DNA of 64,000 nt from Bugula neritina (Eukaryota > Animalia > Bryozoa), in contig OZ037765.1 of NCBI GenBank assembly GCA_964035545.1, positions 21,142,995-21,206,994 of the forward strand. The letters run 5' to 3'. Numbering within the stretch: position 1 is the stretch's first letter; the number at the start of each line of letters is the position of its first letter. Below the pieces are notes generated by a model that was not told where the DNA came from, did no database searches, and saw only the letters and a program-made list of their open reading frames with translations. A program made the translations under genes and the position numbers. Shown here one piece after another: positions 12,671 through 30,040 of this stretch.

Positions 12671-15600
12671 TTATTCCTGCATTGACTCTACTTTGGGTGT
12701 TTCTTCCACCTCCAATATTCTTGGGCCATAAAGAAGTACATATGCAGTGTGCCAATCGCCTAAAACAAAACATGGAAGCCATTATTTCTACTCCTGAAGC
12801 TTTGAAATTCTTCCATGTCAGCTACTTTTGAAATGACTGCACAAATTTTGTCAAAGGAGTCTTGCAAATAATAAAATAAATACTATGCAAAATGGCGCAC
12901 GAAACTAGGGTGGAAAACCCATTTAGGTATAAGAGTATACATGGGTTGAACCACAATGCTTTCACTTTAAGTTCAAAAGTGGGCATTCTGAGATTTCGAT
13001 CTCAAACTATTGCCATAAATTAAAATTTTTGGCTTTATGAAAGGCATATGGTTTAATTGAGATCTTCACACATCTTCTAAATATGCTTTGGTAGAAACAT
13101 TAGTTGCTTTTATTACCTGTGCAATGATGCACTGTTCTGTGTTGGCAACAAACACATAACATTTCAAAAAACGTAGTAACTGCTTATTTTTTTTACCGAG
13201 GTGAGTACACAAAGATTAAATTTTCTTCCAGAGGCATTTCTCAACATAGCAGATTATGTTACTCTAACCTCCTCCTGAAAGCTCTTTAATCTTGTCTAAA
13301 GTAACGTAAGAAATCCTGTCATCATCAAACATGATCCACCTATCAGCAGTCTCTTTAACCCAGGCTACATAGTGGCCAGATGAGCTTGCTCTACCTTTAT
13401 GTGTCAGTACAGCTTGTAGTTCGTACATTCCACTGTTATTAGACCCCTCATCTACTCATCATATAAGTTATACATAATATTATACAACACTAACGAAAAC
13501 CACAACTGACTAGTTCTAATAATATGTGAACACAGCAACACTTGATGCATTTCAATCATGTGTCAAAGTTAATGAGCAAGTAACCTACATCATATCTACA
13601 TGCAGACTTATACAGTTATTAACAGTGTGATAAGTTGCTCTTTGAACAATTTTGTTTCCTGACACTGTTCTAGCATTGCTTCGAGAAGCTTTACAATAAC
13701 ATTGGGAAATATATTTTATTCATTTAGCAAACCATTTAAAACTACAAAAATAAGGTATGTAAAGTGATAGGCCAGTGCTTACTCAACTTACTTGAATACA
13801 CATATATTTCAGCACATCATTAGTATTCTGATAGTGTATGCTGGGTTATTCGAGTTATCAAAATTAGCCTTTAAAACATATTACAATATTGAGCTAAAGT
13901 TAAGAAATTATCACACAAAATTAAACTCAACAACATTACTGCTATAAAGCAATAAAATACTAACTTAAAAATAAACTATAACTAACAGAGCACATAACCA
14001 ACTGATTCTGAATGAAGGGAGTACAGCCTTCATACTACTTCATTAGACAAATCAAATACTCTTAAAGCGAAGTAAGTGAAACTGGGTCAAAAGGGGTATA
14101 AATCTGCATACCGTCAGCAAAGGAGAACGGCTCTTTATTTATTTTCCTATCTTTCTTCAAAGGTTCACCTTTCAATTGTGCCTGAAATTAAAGTTGTAGA
14201 ATAGTAAGATGTAAGACTCCTGAAAGTAGTGTTAGAGGTGACAATCTATAGAAACACTGTTAGAGGTAAGTGTACCTAGACAAGCTATTACATTCATAGT
14301 AACCCGAGTGTCAATTATTTGCACCAAATACGTTGATAACATCTATATTTGGCACCACAATGTGACTGTGGATTGCCGAGCATAACCTTTGCACATAAAT
14401 GTTGTTTACTTTTACACAACAAAATGAATTTACTTTTTAATCAAGTTGAGAGTAATTCTAGTCTCAGACTTGAAAGAGACCCAGTCCTATGCCAAGGCCA
14501 CACAACCGATACAAACAGTTAAAAAAATGCAAATGTATAGCAGTTTAGAGTTTAGAATGCAGATAGAAAAAAATTCACTTACACAATCCCAGATATTTAA
14601 GAAAAAACTCTTCTCTAGCCAATATAAACAACATGAATTACCAATTAATTAGATCAACCTAAAGGACTATAACATAGCTTTTAATATGGCAGAAAAATAA
14701 CTAATGATTTCTTAGTTTATGTCAACTATCCACTGTGTCTTCAAACACAACTGATATGTCAAACCATTGTTTTGTATCTCCTGTGTTAAAACATAAAATT
14801 AAATGCAGGAAAGTAATTAATAAAATATGCACAAAAAGTACATAGTTGAACTAAGATAGTTTACAAGTTTATGCAGTTAACTGATCTGAGAGCCCTTTAC
14901 CAATTATCACAACGGCATAATATTTTATACCCCTCTAGGTCACATGATCCACACAAAGAATTTTCCAATTTTTACCAAAATCCAGTCAGTCTATCACAAC
15001 TCTGAACCCCAAACCCCGATGAGGATTTTCAAGAGCTTATTTTATGTTTTATGTAACATATGTGTAGATAACTTGTATTCGTAAAGCTTAGAAGACTCGA
15101 CAATATTAAATTATGCGAAATTCACTCAAGTTCAGTTTTCTAGCAGCCAAGAAGACTTTCTGCATTATGGGCAGTTAGGAAAAGACAACTTTTAGTGCCA
15201 TCCCACCTATGTTGAGAAAAACCAATGCAAACACAATTTTTAAATAGTGTAACTTAATATGAAACCTACATAATTTTGACAAACAGTTATTTTAACAGCA
15301 ACATTACCTGTTTTCGTTCTTCATCTTGTCTCTCTTCTTCTGCTTTGAAACGCTCTCTCATGGGTATAAGTTTAGACTGAAGTTCAGGAGAGCATAACTC
15401 AAAGACATCCAATAAAGGCGTGAATTTTACATCCTGTGGAATAAACAATATAAGAAGACAACTCCAACTGAAGTGGTATTTGTACTACCTACGCCTTTCT
15501 TGCACTAAAAATTATATTTAAATGTGAAATGCTTCAAACAAATTGTAAAATGCTCACACAAATGATAGACACCTGAGATGTATTTTAATAAAATTGTATG

Positions 15601-18600
15601 CTTAAAAAAGTAATGTATTTATATAATGCAATCAAACTTATTAATTCTAAACTGTAAGCCGTGAAGTTTTCCTACCTTTAGTATTTTGGCATTGACAGCT
15701 TTAGCTTTTTTGTATTCAAATCGTATGAGTTGTATCGAGAGATAAGCTGGAAGTCTTGATATTAAACTCTGTAAAAAAATATTACCCATAGCTTGAACAT
15801 TCATGACAACCAAGAAAATATATTGAATTGGATAATTGTTAGAATGACTCCAACAACTTTGAATAACATGAAGACTCACAGTTTTTTCATACACTGCATT
15901 TCTATCCAGTACAGACGAGTGCTTCTCCAAATTTTCTTTCAGTTTCTATAAAAAATTACTACATATAAAATTTTAAACAGTACGATCTAGATAAGATGCA
16001 ATAGAAATAAACTACTGCATACAAAGTATCGTTTATAAATTCGAATAGATTTATCAACAGAAACTTTGCTAACCTGATTAATGATAGAGTTTTTTAAGAT
16101 GCGCAGCTTTGCCAAAATTGTATTGAACATTCACATTAACATTATACAGATTAAAGAAGTGATTTATTGGTGTGCTTGGACAAAATATTAATCACTAAAA
16201 ACGTTTGTTTACGTTAATTATTTGCCAGTATTAATGTTAATAATGAGATATTTAGCTGATGGAAGGCTATCTTTATCTTGCAGTCGAAATGAACAACCAG
16301 TTTACAACTTGGAATGTTTAATATTTAAAAATCAAGAATAAAATAAATCTGTCATAACATGATAGTTGCTTATATTGTAAGCTCCTACCACTTATTGTAC
16401 ACTGTGCTTTATATGATAAAAAATTCAACCTAATAAACCAGTAAATGATCCACATCTTTATAAATGCCTACAAATTATTACAAATTACAACTATACAAAC
16501 AAGTCAGAATGAAACAAACCAGTAAGACAAAATCAAACAATCAAAACTTTTGATATAACTTTTCCTATACAAAACAAGCCAAGTAAACTATAATAGCGAT
16601 TTACCACTTAATATGACCAAATTAATGCATCAATACAATTTGCAGCATACGCACATTTTTGAGACCTGTAAACAGATGCTTCACGTTGCTGTCTATGAAG
16701 CAGCTGAGCTGGTATGCTTTATCTTCCTGACTAGTAACCGGCTCCTCGGCACTCTCTACGCACTTCAGAGATTGAGCAAAGTTTAGTCTGAAGAACTCAT
16801 CTACAAACGATTTCTGTAAAACACAAACACCAGATAAAATGACCATGGTTATGCACTTTGTCAGCTAATCTCCCACTATACACATCGACAAAAAACTGTA
16901 CGTATCATGTATGTATGTACGTACCGTGTATGTACACATGTATGTACATATCGTGTATATACATATGTATGTATGTGTGTATTCATGTATGTACGTATGT
17001 ATATATTTATGTACATGTCATACTAACATATATACATATAGTATATGTTGCCAATAACTTTATTCAAAAAATGACATACTTTCAGAAGATGATCTGTGAT
17101 CATAAAAAAATATTACATACATAAGTAACAAAAAAGTGCATGACGCAACCTGGAATAACTAGAATGTAAACTCATAGTATCAAATTGGAGGTCATCTATT
17201 ATTATGTCTACCTGCTAGTAATAGCAATTAGCAAGCATTGCATACACTTACACTTTTTCCTGTTCTTATTAGTTCTTGCTGTATACATTGAACCAACTCC
17301 ACCCAAAACTCATTTGCATCCTAAAAAAATAAATGCAAAAAATGTTACAATAATTGTTATTACCAGTTCAATGAGATAAGCGTGTTGAAACCAAGTTGCC
17401 TACAGCAAAGATTTTAATACTCAAATCTGCTATGATACGAGGGTTCGAACCCCTGTGGGTGGAAACTCAATCTGTTTTTTCGTAAACAACATGTAATGCC
17501 TTGACACTTGTCAAGTCTTTGCTCAATACGAAAATTTGATACCAACATAGCACTGGAAATTGGAAAAGGTGTAAAGGGAGGTTTTTATGAGAGCTATGGC
17601 TGAAAAAAAAAACTAAATATAGCATAAATAATGCATTTAAATATATCAGTGCTTTAGCTCTATGAAAATAAGAAACACCTACATGTTATTATAAGAAAGA
17701 CACTTTACCTGTTGCACAAACCCGCCATGTTCACTAACTTCAGCAAACCGAGGGAAAGCACTAAATACGCTGTTCAAGAATAACATAGGCTTGACAGACT
17801 CACTCGAGTTCTGAAGTGTATGAACCAGATTTTTCAACTCTGCAACAAAAAATAACAAGAAGAAATAGACAAGCTAAAAGCTGAGCTGGATATGTAAAGA
17901 TAAACACTAACACTCATATGAATACAGATGACTTTAAAAGCACTCTATCTAACAAGAGTTATGTGTATAAATAAGGTGGAGGTTCGGGCACAAAAAAGTG
18001 AGCCAGCTTAAATATAATTCTACCTAAATAATGCTTATAATCAGCAGCTTTATTTGTGTGAAGAAATCCTTTTAAACAACATACATGACTTGATATCAGA
18101 AAAACTGTCAAACGAAAGCTCTGTTCTAGCGATACGGTAGTTAAAATAGCAAAAACAGTACCTTAACCACCTGTTGAAATTTCAAATTCATAGCATTTGA
18201 ATTAAATTAAAAAAATTCTGATAACACCAGAAGGGTAAGTAAACAAGAAATACAGAAATATCTCCAACCTTTGACAATAACTGTGGACTGATTCATTGAA
18301 GAGCTGCTGTAAACTGACAATGCGTCTTGAAGCTCCGGTATGGAGCGTAAACACTGCACAGTAGCACTCATGTAACATGTGTTTCCCAGGTTCTCTAACC
18401 CTGCTGGTATCTTCAGCTGTGTGATGGAAGAGCATAACATAAAATGTATGATTTTTATAATTAGAAAATGGTTATTTGTACAACAGTTCTCAAGAACCCT
18501 GATGAAAATGATAACAGGATATAATACAAGTATAATACAATAATAGTGTTTCATTTTCTCAACAAACTTTAGGTATCACTAAAATTTAAAGTTGTAAATA

Positions 18601-19868
18601 TAAAGATAAGGTATTAATTTCCAACCATCCCAAATTTATGCTTAATACATCTACATAAATCATATAAAACAACTTGCGACTTAGTATTTGCGTGATTGGT
18701 GCGTAAGGATTGAGTCTAAGCTGACTCTAAGTGAGTTATTGCAATTCTAAATAACAGGAAAATCCCTAAGCTCAACGAGTCTCGAGGTGAATAATAACGA
18801 GTCAAACAACACAACAGTATTAGTTGAGATTATAAGGATCTTCAATAATCAACATCAGAGAAATAGCGAGCTACCTGACTGGCACGCTGCTGCTCAGACA
18901 TGTCCTCCTCAAACAGAGTCTTTTCTACAGGAGCCTCTGGTAGGGCTGTGGCTGACCCCATGAGCTGAATAATAGCGCCCTGTGAAGTAAAGGTACAGTC
19001 ATAACACCATAACACATAGGTTCTGTACTTAATATATCACTGTGTTTCCAAGCTTCGAATTATGCGAACGTATTTTCCATTCGATGTTTGGAAACAGTTG
19101 CATCGAATAAAACTGCAACCACAAGTTTATGCAATGGAAATGTAGTGAATGACAATGCTAAATGCAAAACGCTATTAATCACAACTAAACAGTTTAATCA
19201 CGACATTCAATAATCAAATAAAAAAGACAATTTTCATAAAATTAAATATGAATAGATATAAGTATATACACACGAAATAACATAAAATACAGACCAACCT
19301 GTTTTAAACCCTTTAAACTATCCCAGCTGTCCTTTAGAATACTACCCTTTAGAATGAGTTTCTGTCGATCCGGTGCAACTCCTGTATGAGACATCAGCAG
19401 AGCTTTGAAGTCCTCCACTGGCTCACTTGTATCAAGGTCAAGGACGTACTTCTCCTTGCCCCATTTTACAGTCACTAAAACAAGGAAATCCATTGATTCT
19501 CTGCGTATATGTAGATATAGAGAATTGTACACCAAGTGTAAATATACACAGGATAATATGTATATATTTAAGATAAAACGACCACAATCAAGTTTATGAA
19601 GAGAAAAAAGATGAGATTATTACCAAAATTATTGATACACAAATTTAAAAAAAGTTTTTACAAGCATGCTATTTGTACAACAGTTCACAAGAGTTCTAAT
19701 GAAAACCATATCAAAAAATAATATATTAACAGTGTTTCATTTTTATCAACAAACTTCAAGCAATTAAAGCTGTAAATATAAAGATAGCATATCAATTTAT
19801 AATCATTTCAAATTTATACTTAATACGTTTACATAAAGCATTCACCCCTTACCTGAGAAAACAGGCAT
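12671..19868 (-). CDS. USP14: Ubiquitin carboxyl-terminal hydrolase 14 (USP14/Ubp6), 13 coding exons, about 476 aa
   Basis: Exons (5' to 3'): 19868-19853, 19474-19299, 18979-18875, 18416-18269, 17839-17709, 17320-17252, 16813-16655, 15945-15880, 15768-15676, 15433-15308, 14181-14112, 13451-13269, 12759-12671. UBL start MPVFSVTVKWGKEKY, Cys box GLENLGNTCYMSATVQCL, QQDANE, His box LTHKGRASSSGHYVAWVK, FDDD, C-terminal LSGGGDWHTAYVLLYGPR. Confidence 0.96.
16897..17048. repeat. Degenerate (ATGT/ATAC)n alternating purine-pyrimidine repeat in a USP14 intron
   Basis: tgtatgtatgtacgtaccgtgtatgtacacatgtatgtacatatcgtgtatatacatatgtatgtatgtgtgt... Confidence 0.8.
17360..17480 (+). mobile_element. Possible Pol III/tRNA-derived SINE remnant in a USP14 intron
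   Basis: Perfect B box GGTTCGAACCC at 17442-17452, weak A-box-like CAGTTCAATGA near 17364, and T6 at 17475-17480. No complete cloverleaf. Confidence 0.35.
18470..19841. repeat. Diverged direct duplication of about 180-190 bp (18470-18663 and 19667-19841) in USP14 introns 3 and 1
   Basis: Collinear shared blocks TATTTGTACAACAGTTC-CAAGA, AGTGTTTCATTTT-TCAACAAACTT, TGTAAATATAAAGATA, CAAATTTAT-CTTAATAC and TACATAAA. Confidence 0.85.
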
Positions 19869-20799
19869 GTTTTCTTGTTCCTTAATATTTTAAATGACAA
19901 TCTAAAATGAAAATATCTGTGATTTACAAAATAATACAGGTTATAGCACACTAGCTAAAACCATATCAATATAAAATTTATTTAAAATATTGCAAATGAT
20001 TTTGCTATGCGCAGTAAAAAACACACAATATTATAGCAGAGTAAACTTAATTTACATACCAATAAAAACTAACCAATAAAACACTCACATCTTTGAGGTT
20101 TAAAACTATAACATCTAAGGCTTTAATTTAATTTCCAATATCAATAATATGTGAAAACACTAAAAATAATATAACAATTTACACAACTCGCATTAAACAT
20201 GAGTATATCTATCTAGAGCAGCTTGTTTTCTGCGGTAATTAAAAGACCATAAATAACAGAATCAGTTTTGAATAAGCGCCGGTATCGGTGAAATTAGTAA
20301 TATATTGAAAAAAATTTATTAGTATGGCCACAATTAGTACAAGCATAATATTTTTACTACAAATTACTGCAAGTTCAACTATATCAGTGAGTTTTTGAAT
20401 TAAAATTACTGCTACTGTAACTGTTGAAGTAATGACACTAGGCTATATATCCGGACAACTTACCAATTATAATATGAGCCACACTCAAGAAAAATTTCTA
20501 ATATAGTAAAATGTAATTGGCAAATAAGCTGAGTTACCAAAGTCAATAGCAAGCAGGTTATTTATATTTAGAAAAAAATAGCATCACCAAATTCTAAAAT
20601 ACACCAGATGTTTGAGATTTTGTCTTTTTATAAAACTCACAATACAGTAGCTGGTCAGAAAATCTTTAATAAAATAAAGACTCAAATCTAGAATCTATTT
20701 AGTATCTTAGCTTGTTTAGCAAGAGTCACATATCATGCAGGAGTGCAAGTTTAATTTTTAACTTTTTTTTTTATTGAAAGTATAAATTTATCAATAGCT

Positions 20800-22720
20800 A
20801 TAGTTAAAGTAACTAATGATAGTTTATGATATTTATTCATATTCATTGCATTAGTAACGATTTACTTTAAGTTTAGAAATAGATATTCATAAACAATGAC
20901 ATTGATATTCAATTTATTAAATCAAAATATAAATTCAATATAATTAAACTAAATATAATTAAATTTTATTTAATTATAATCATAATGAACACCAGTTATC
21001 ATATTCATATTGATATCATTAAATTTATTTCCAATAGCATTCATATTCAAACTCATACTCAATTTGATATTTAGTTTGAAATTGATATTTATATTCCATA
21101 AATTAATTTTTAAAATAATATTTTAATCTATAATAAATGTAAATGTAATGTTGAATTAATACTGATGATAGTTTAACTTTATAATAATACTTAAAGTCAT
21201 AGTCATACTCATACTGTGAGTGAGTTTATAATATTAATAGTACTGATCATAATCATAATCAGCAATCACAATGTGAATGTCTAAGAATAATATTTTCATA
21301 TTCATTATGATTATGATTATAATAAATATAATAATAATTTAATTATTATTCATGATTACTACTATAATTATTACTAGTCATGATGTTGATTATTTATTAT
21401 TGACTATAACTATAAGTATAATTTGAATTAAAATTATATTTAATTAATAATTACATTGATTATCATTATCATTATGATTATGATTATGATATTCAATTTA
21501 CCAAATTAATTCATCATTGTTAATACTAATACTTTGTTTTTTTAACATTAAAATTTACCTATATTGTTGAATATATTAGAATTATAATTACTAGGGTATC
21601 ATAACGCACAAGATTACCACATTGTATGTTAAACTTGCATACAATTATATTATATTCATTAAATATTTCATTTTTTTGTTACTTTTCTGCAGAAACTTTT
21701 TTATTCCCCGGAAAATATTTTGTGCATTAACACTGTCCGCTAACATGCAGCACAAAAGCATAATTAATCTGATTTTTTACTACTTCAAAAAATTTGATTT
21801 TGTTGAATCCAATATCATACTTTTTTATAAAAAAAATTTTTTAGTAGGGAATTTTTCGTTTCTAACTTCTATTTTGACCAAGCATCATCAATAATATTAA
21901 ATAATAATATTATCATTTAGTAGCTGTAACCTAAATTATACAATTGTTCACTCAGGCTTTTGTCGTCCCCTTAATTGACAATGGTTCTAAGTCTAAAGGT
22001 TTCAAAATCTCCGCCCATTGAAAGGAAAGTGTTATATTCATTTCATTGTCCCCGCCCGTTGACGCTTATTTTGGAATTGTTTTTAGTCGTCAAATTTGAT
22101 TAAATGATTTCTACTTGCGTAATAGTTAATACTAATATCAGTGGTAGACTGATACTAATAGTAACATGGACATAGAAATAAAAATTTAATTATCATCATT
22201 ATTTATCATTTATATAAATTTAATTTTTATTATCATTATGATTATATTTATCATTTTAATTTTAAATTTATGATTATAAATATTTTTAAATATAATATTA
22301 AATTTAATAATATTAATAATAATATAAATTTGAAGATTATCATTATGATTATGATTATCATTATGCGATTGTCTATAATTCAGATTGCTAAATTTCAATT
22401 TAGGTATAGATTTAACTTAAACTGTCATTGTATATTAATATATACAATAACTTATGTTTTATTCATGGTTCAGTTAGTTGCTAGTAGTAGTAGTAGTAGC
22501 TAGTAACTCTAACTGGGTCTAGTCAGTTAGACTTAGTCTTTCACTTACAGTTACTGTTAGTGAGTTACTATCACTCCCAGAATAATCAAATTCAATGTCA
22601 TTGTGATTGTATTTGTATGACATTAACTTTAAGTTTAACATTAGCTCTATAACATTAACATTAAGTATCGGTATAATACTATTACTATAAGTACATGTTT
22701 GAGTGCAATTACTAATCAGT
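20800..22720. repeat. Two AT-rich tracts with about 6-bp periodicity (20800-21600 and 22120-22720) flanking a CpG-containing promoter core
   Basis: Runs such as ATTATG ATTATG ATTATG, ATATTC ATATTG, TCATAG TCATAC TCATAC and CTATAA CTATAA GTATAA, with G/C mostly as isolated single bases. Confidence 0.75.
21950..22110. promoter_or_regulatory. Promoter core between divergent USP14 and RAB23
   Basis: CpG cluster within about 2 kb of very AT-rich DNA; CDE/CHR-like GGCGG-N4-TTTGAA on the minus strand (22015-22001) and GC box CCCCGCCC (22050-22057). Confidence 0.55.
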
Positions 22721-25140
22721 TAATGTAATGCGTTTTTGGTAAAAAAATGTTCTTGTAGTTCCAACCAATACCATAGGAAGCAGAATAGATTTAGATTAGC
22801 TTCTTTTGTTTGGTTGTGGCTGTAACTGGGGTGATTAAAGATGTCTAATTTCTACAGCTACTATTTACTTTTAGTACTAACGATATAAAAGAGAGCTTCG
22901 TGTTTTTTCTACTGCTTTTTCAACACAATTCGCAAAAGCCAATTTAAACGTCAATGTTCAGCTTATTCTCACATTATTTTTTGACAACCCATGGGCAGAA
23001 GAAATTCAGACACATTTACACATCCACCCACAGCCACACTTGGATTTTTTAATAAATTTATTTTTTATTATAAGTAATTTGAGCAATATTTTAAACTTAT
23101 GTTTACATTATAGTGACCAATCAATTATATGAATAAGTACCTAAAGCAATGGACTGAAAAAGTAGTAGTTAGTCATAATATTATCAGCAAAAAAAGCTGT
23201 TGATAACACAGGTGGCTAAATATTAAATAGGATATGATTGTTAATTCAAGATCTTTTTTAATGGGCACTGATATTTATATCATTCTATTCACTATTAATC
23301 ATTTAAGTAGACAATGTATGTAATGACACATTACATGTAAATACTTGTTGCTAGATTTGTGTAAAGCAGTGCTGCTTGTACTGTGGCTGAAAAACTGACA
23401 ACTAATATGGTAGCCCCACTTTTACTGAATGTGAGGCTAGTGGGTAAACTCTCTGGCAGACTAAAAGCAATACCTCCTATTGGGGTAGCTGCAACTAATG
23501 GCTTTGTGTTCCATTTACCACACTTTTGCTATCCGGATGTGTTACTTTTCACGTGTAAAACTTATGGGAGACAATTTTAAACAAACATAAAGAGACTGTA
23601 ACACCTCAAAGTTGAAATAGTGGAAACTGGAAAGGACATACTACTGACTACAGGATCGACTACATGTCTCTTTCAAGTAAAAAAGTCTTAAAGGCTTGGT
23701 TTGAAGTTAAATTAAAACTTAAAAGTTTATAATAATTTAGAAATAAAAATAAACCGAACTCAGTTACTCAAGTTATTAATTGCAAACCCCTGCAACTTTA
23801 TTTATGATTTATAATATTTTTGAGGTAGCTGTGGCTAGTTGCTAATGTTGAAGTTATTTACCATATTGTGAGTATGATAAAGATTATCACTATTTGACTT
23901 TTTGTAGTTACATTTATCTGTTGAAGCTAGTGTAATTTGTGATATAAATTGAGATTTAGCATGGTTATTTATTAATGTTGAAGTGAAAACAGTGAACTAG
24001 AAATTAGAAATTTTAGATGAACTTATAATTATAATTTTTAATTTAAAATTCTTAACCTCTTCATTGTAAATTTTGAACAAGTGGAACAATTTTAAGACAC
24101 ATTCATCAGTTTTTAAAAGCTGTGAAATGATATTATATATGTATGTGGTAGCAATATGTAACATGTGCATGTGCGTTATGTACAATGATTATAGAGTAAG
24201 CTGTATAACAGGTACACATACGTACATGTTGCAAAGTAAATCATTTTAAAAACTGTTCAATTCAATGATTTATCAACCCTTACAATTAATTTTCATTTTT
24301 ATCTTATGCTTTCTAGGTGGGTTCTACAATAGTTTGATTTATTTATTTTTCATCGTAAAAATACTTCAATTTAATGGCTTGCCTTTTTTATTTTACCTGT
24401 TTAAATTTTTTAGGTAAAATTGTTTTGGAACACAATTAGGTTGTGGCAATATTGACCCGTTGATAAGCAGCTTGCTTGGGTGCATGAAAAAAGACTTTAA
24501 TGTTTGCAATAAATACAATCACCAAGGTGTTACTGTGGTCACCTGTCCCAATACCATTTTTCACTACTCAAGTTTACTCACTTTTTTACTTGAAGTATTT
24601 AAATTTTGAAGAAATATTTCAATTGTTTTTACCTTTCATAGTTTAATTTAGTTCAAATTTATCAAAAATTAACATCATCATGCAGGTTAAAGGAAGTGTG
24701 CTGAACTAATGTTTTATAAGCACCAAGTGTGTTGTACCCCATCTCCTCATGCCTTTACATCTGAATATATTTATTGTAGTCTAATTCACGTATTGTATTC
24801 TGTATATTGTTCTCTTTCAATGAGCAATGTATGAGACACCCCAGGTTATATATTCATACTTCATTCATGACATTATTGTGTTTGTTTTAATAATTTGTTC
24901 AATTAGGAAACTTTTGTTTTTATACATAATTTAAATAATAAGAGGCTGCCTGCCAGTTTTATTTGCCAACATGTATGATTAGTAAGTTAAAAAGAATGCA
25001 TTTTTCACATGCATAGTAAACCTACTCACTGTTACACACATCTGTCTCGTCCGATAATAATTTATCACATATGTAGATTTTATAATGGGAGAGAAGGCAG
25101 TAAAGAAAAGCTAACTTTCAAACGTTCATGGTTATGAAGA

Positions 25141-28811
<3,671 letters not shown>

Positions 28812-30040
28812 ATGGCAGTCACTTATTTGTAGTTAGAAGCCATTTAGAGTCAAAATGTTTTTTGTACTGCATAGTAAGTATATACAATATACTTGGATTT
28901 CTCCATTTTTATGTAGATTTTGTATTAGTTTATAGCTACCACTTATAATTTATTATATTACAATGTTTTTATAAAATGTATATTTGTTGCTTCATCTGAA
29001 TTAGTGCACAGCAGACTTCTGATTGATCTCAAATTCAACTCTTTCAATTTCATAAGCGAAATTTAGTTGATTTTTAATAAGATCTGTATTTTTACCAATT
29101 TAAAATAATACTGCCAATTACACACAATAGAATAAAATGGGTTGTTTGAATACAACCTTTTTTAGAAAATTATCAACATTTTCTCGTGTACTAATTTTGA
29201 TGAAATGACCAAAAAAATATAAATTTAGTTACTGCCTTTTTCAACATTCCATCCCTTATTAATTTTGTTAGAATCTCAGAGGTATTGACATCATAAGGTT
29301 TTTGTTGTCCGTCCAATAGAATCAAGTCTTCAATTTTAAATGTTGTGATATTATTTTAAGCTACTTTCTGAATAAGATATTTATACACCTGCTTCTGTTT
29401 AATATCACTATAGTATTTCAGGGTTGTGTGCCCATGCTCTCACTTATTTGTTCTCAATATTTATTGTGCTCTTACTATGTTGTATTCTAAGTGATAAATG
29501 AAAGAGTTATGATTTGTGAACAAGGTTTTAACAAATAGTTTTAAATGTTATAAACATTTTTTTATCTTTTTCTATTTTGCATCCAACTTAGTATATAATA
29601 AATTATAGGAAACATTGTGAAAAAAAAACAAATGAAATATTACTTTTTTCTCCTACCTATAGCTTGTGCTAATGAAACAATAAAAAATTGCTTATGAGTT
29701 CAAGAAATGGTACATTATGTGCTACAAAGACAATATTGATCTAAATTCCAGCACATGTATTTTTGATGGAGTGTAATGTAGCCGTTATGCATTTGCCACT
29801 TGCATATTTAATATTATTTTACATTTTACACCGCAAAGAATATACTGTAAACAAAACTAGTTATCAAAATGAAATATATATAAACAGCTGAATAAAAATA
29901 TTTTATTATTGTAGAAAGTCTGATACAATAATGCATTTCAAGTAAAAAATGATGTTATCCTATGATAGATAATATACAATTTCATTTCAATTTCCACTTA
30001 AAAGTAGAAAACAATACAGCTGGTATAATCTTGAGTTAGT

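Noticed and set aside
22210-22503. Ile/Asn-rich ORFs on both strands
   Set aside because: Artefacts of the AT-rich periodic tract.
23383-23580. 65-aa ORF that is also open on the opposite strand
   Set aside because: Non-ATG start and no recognisable domain; more likely a RAB23 5'UTR exon or intron sequence.
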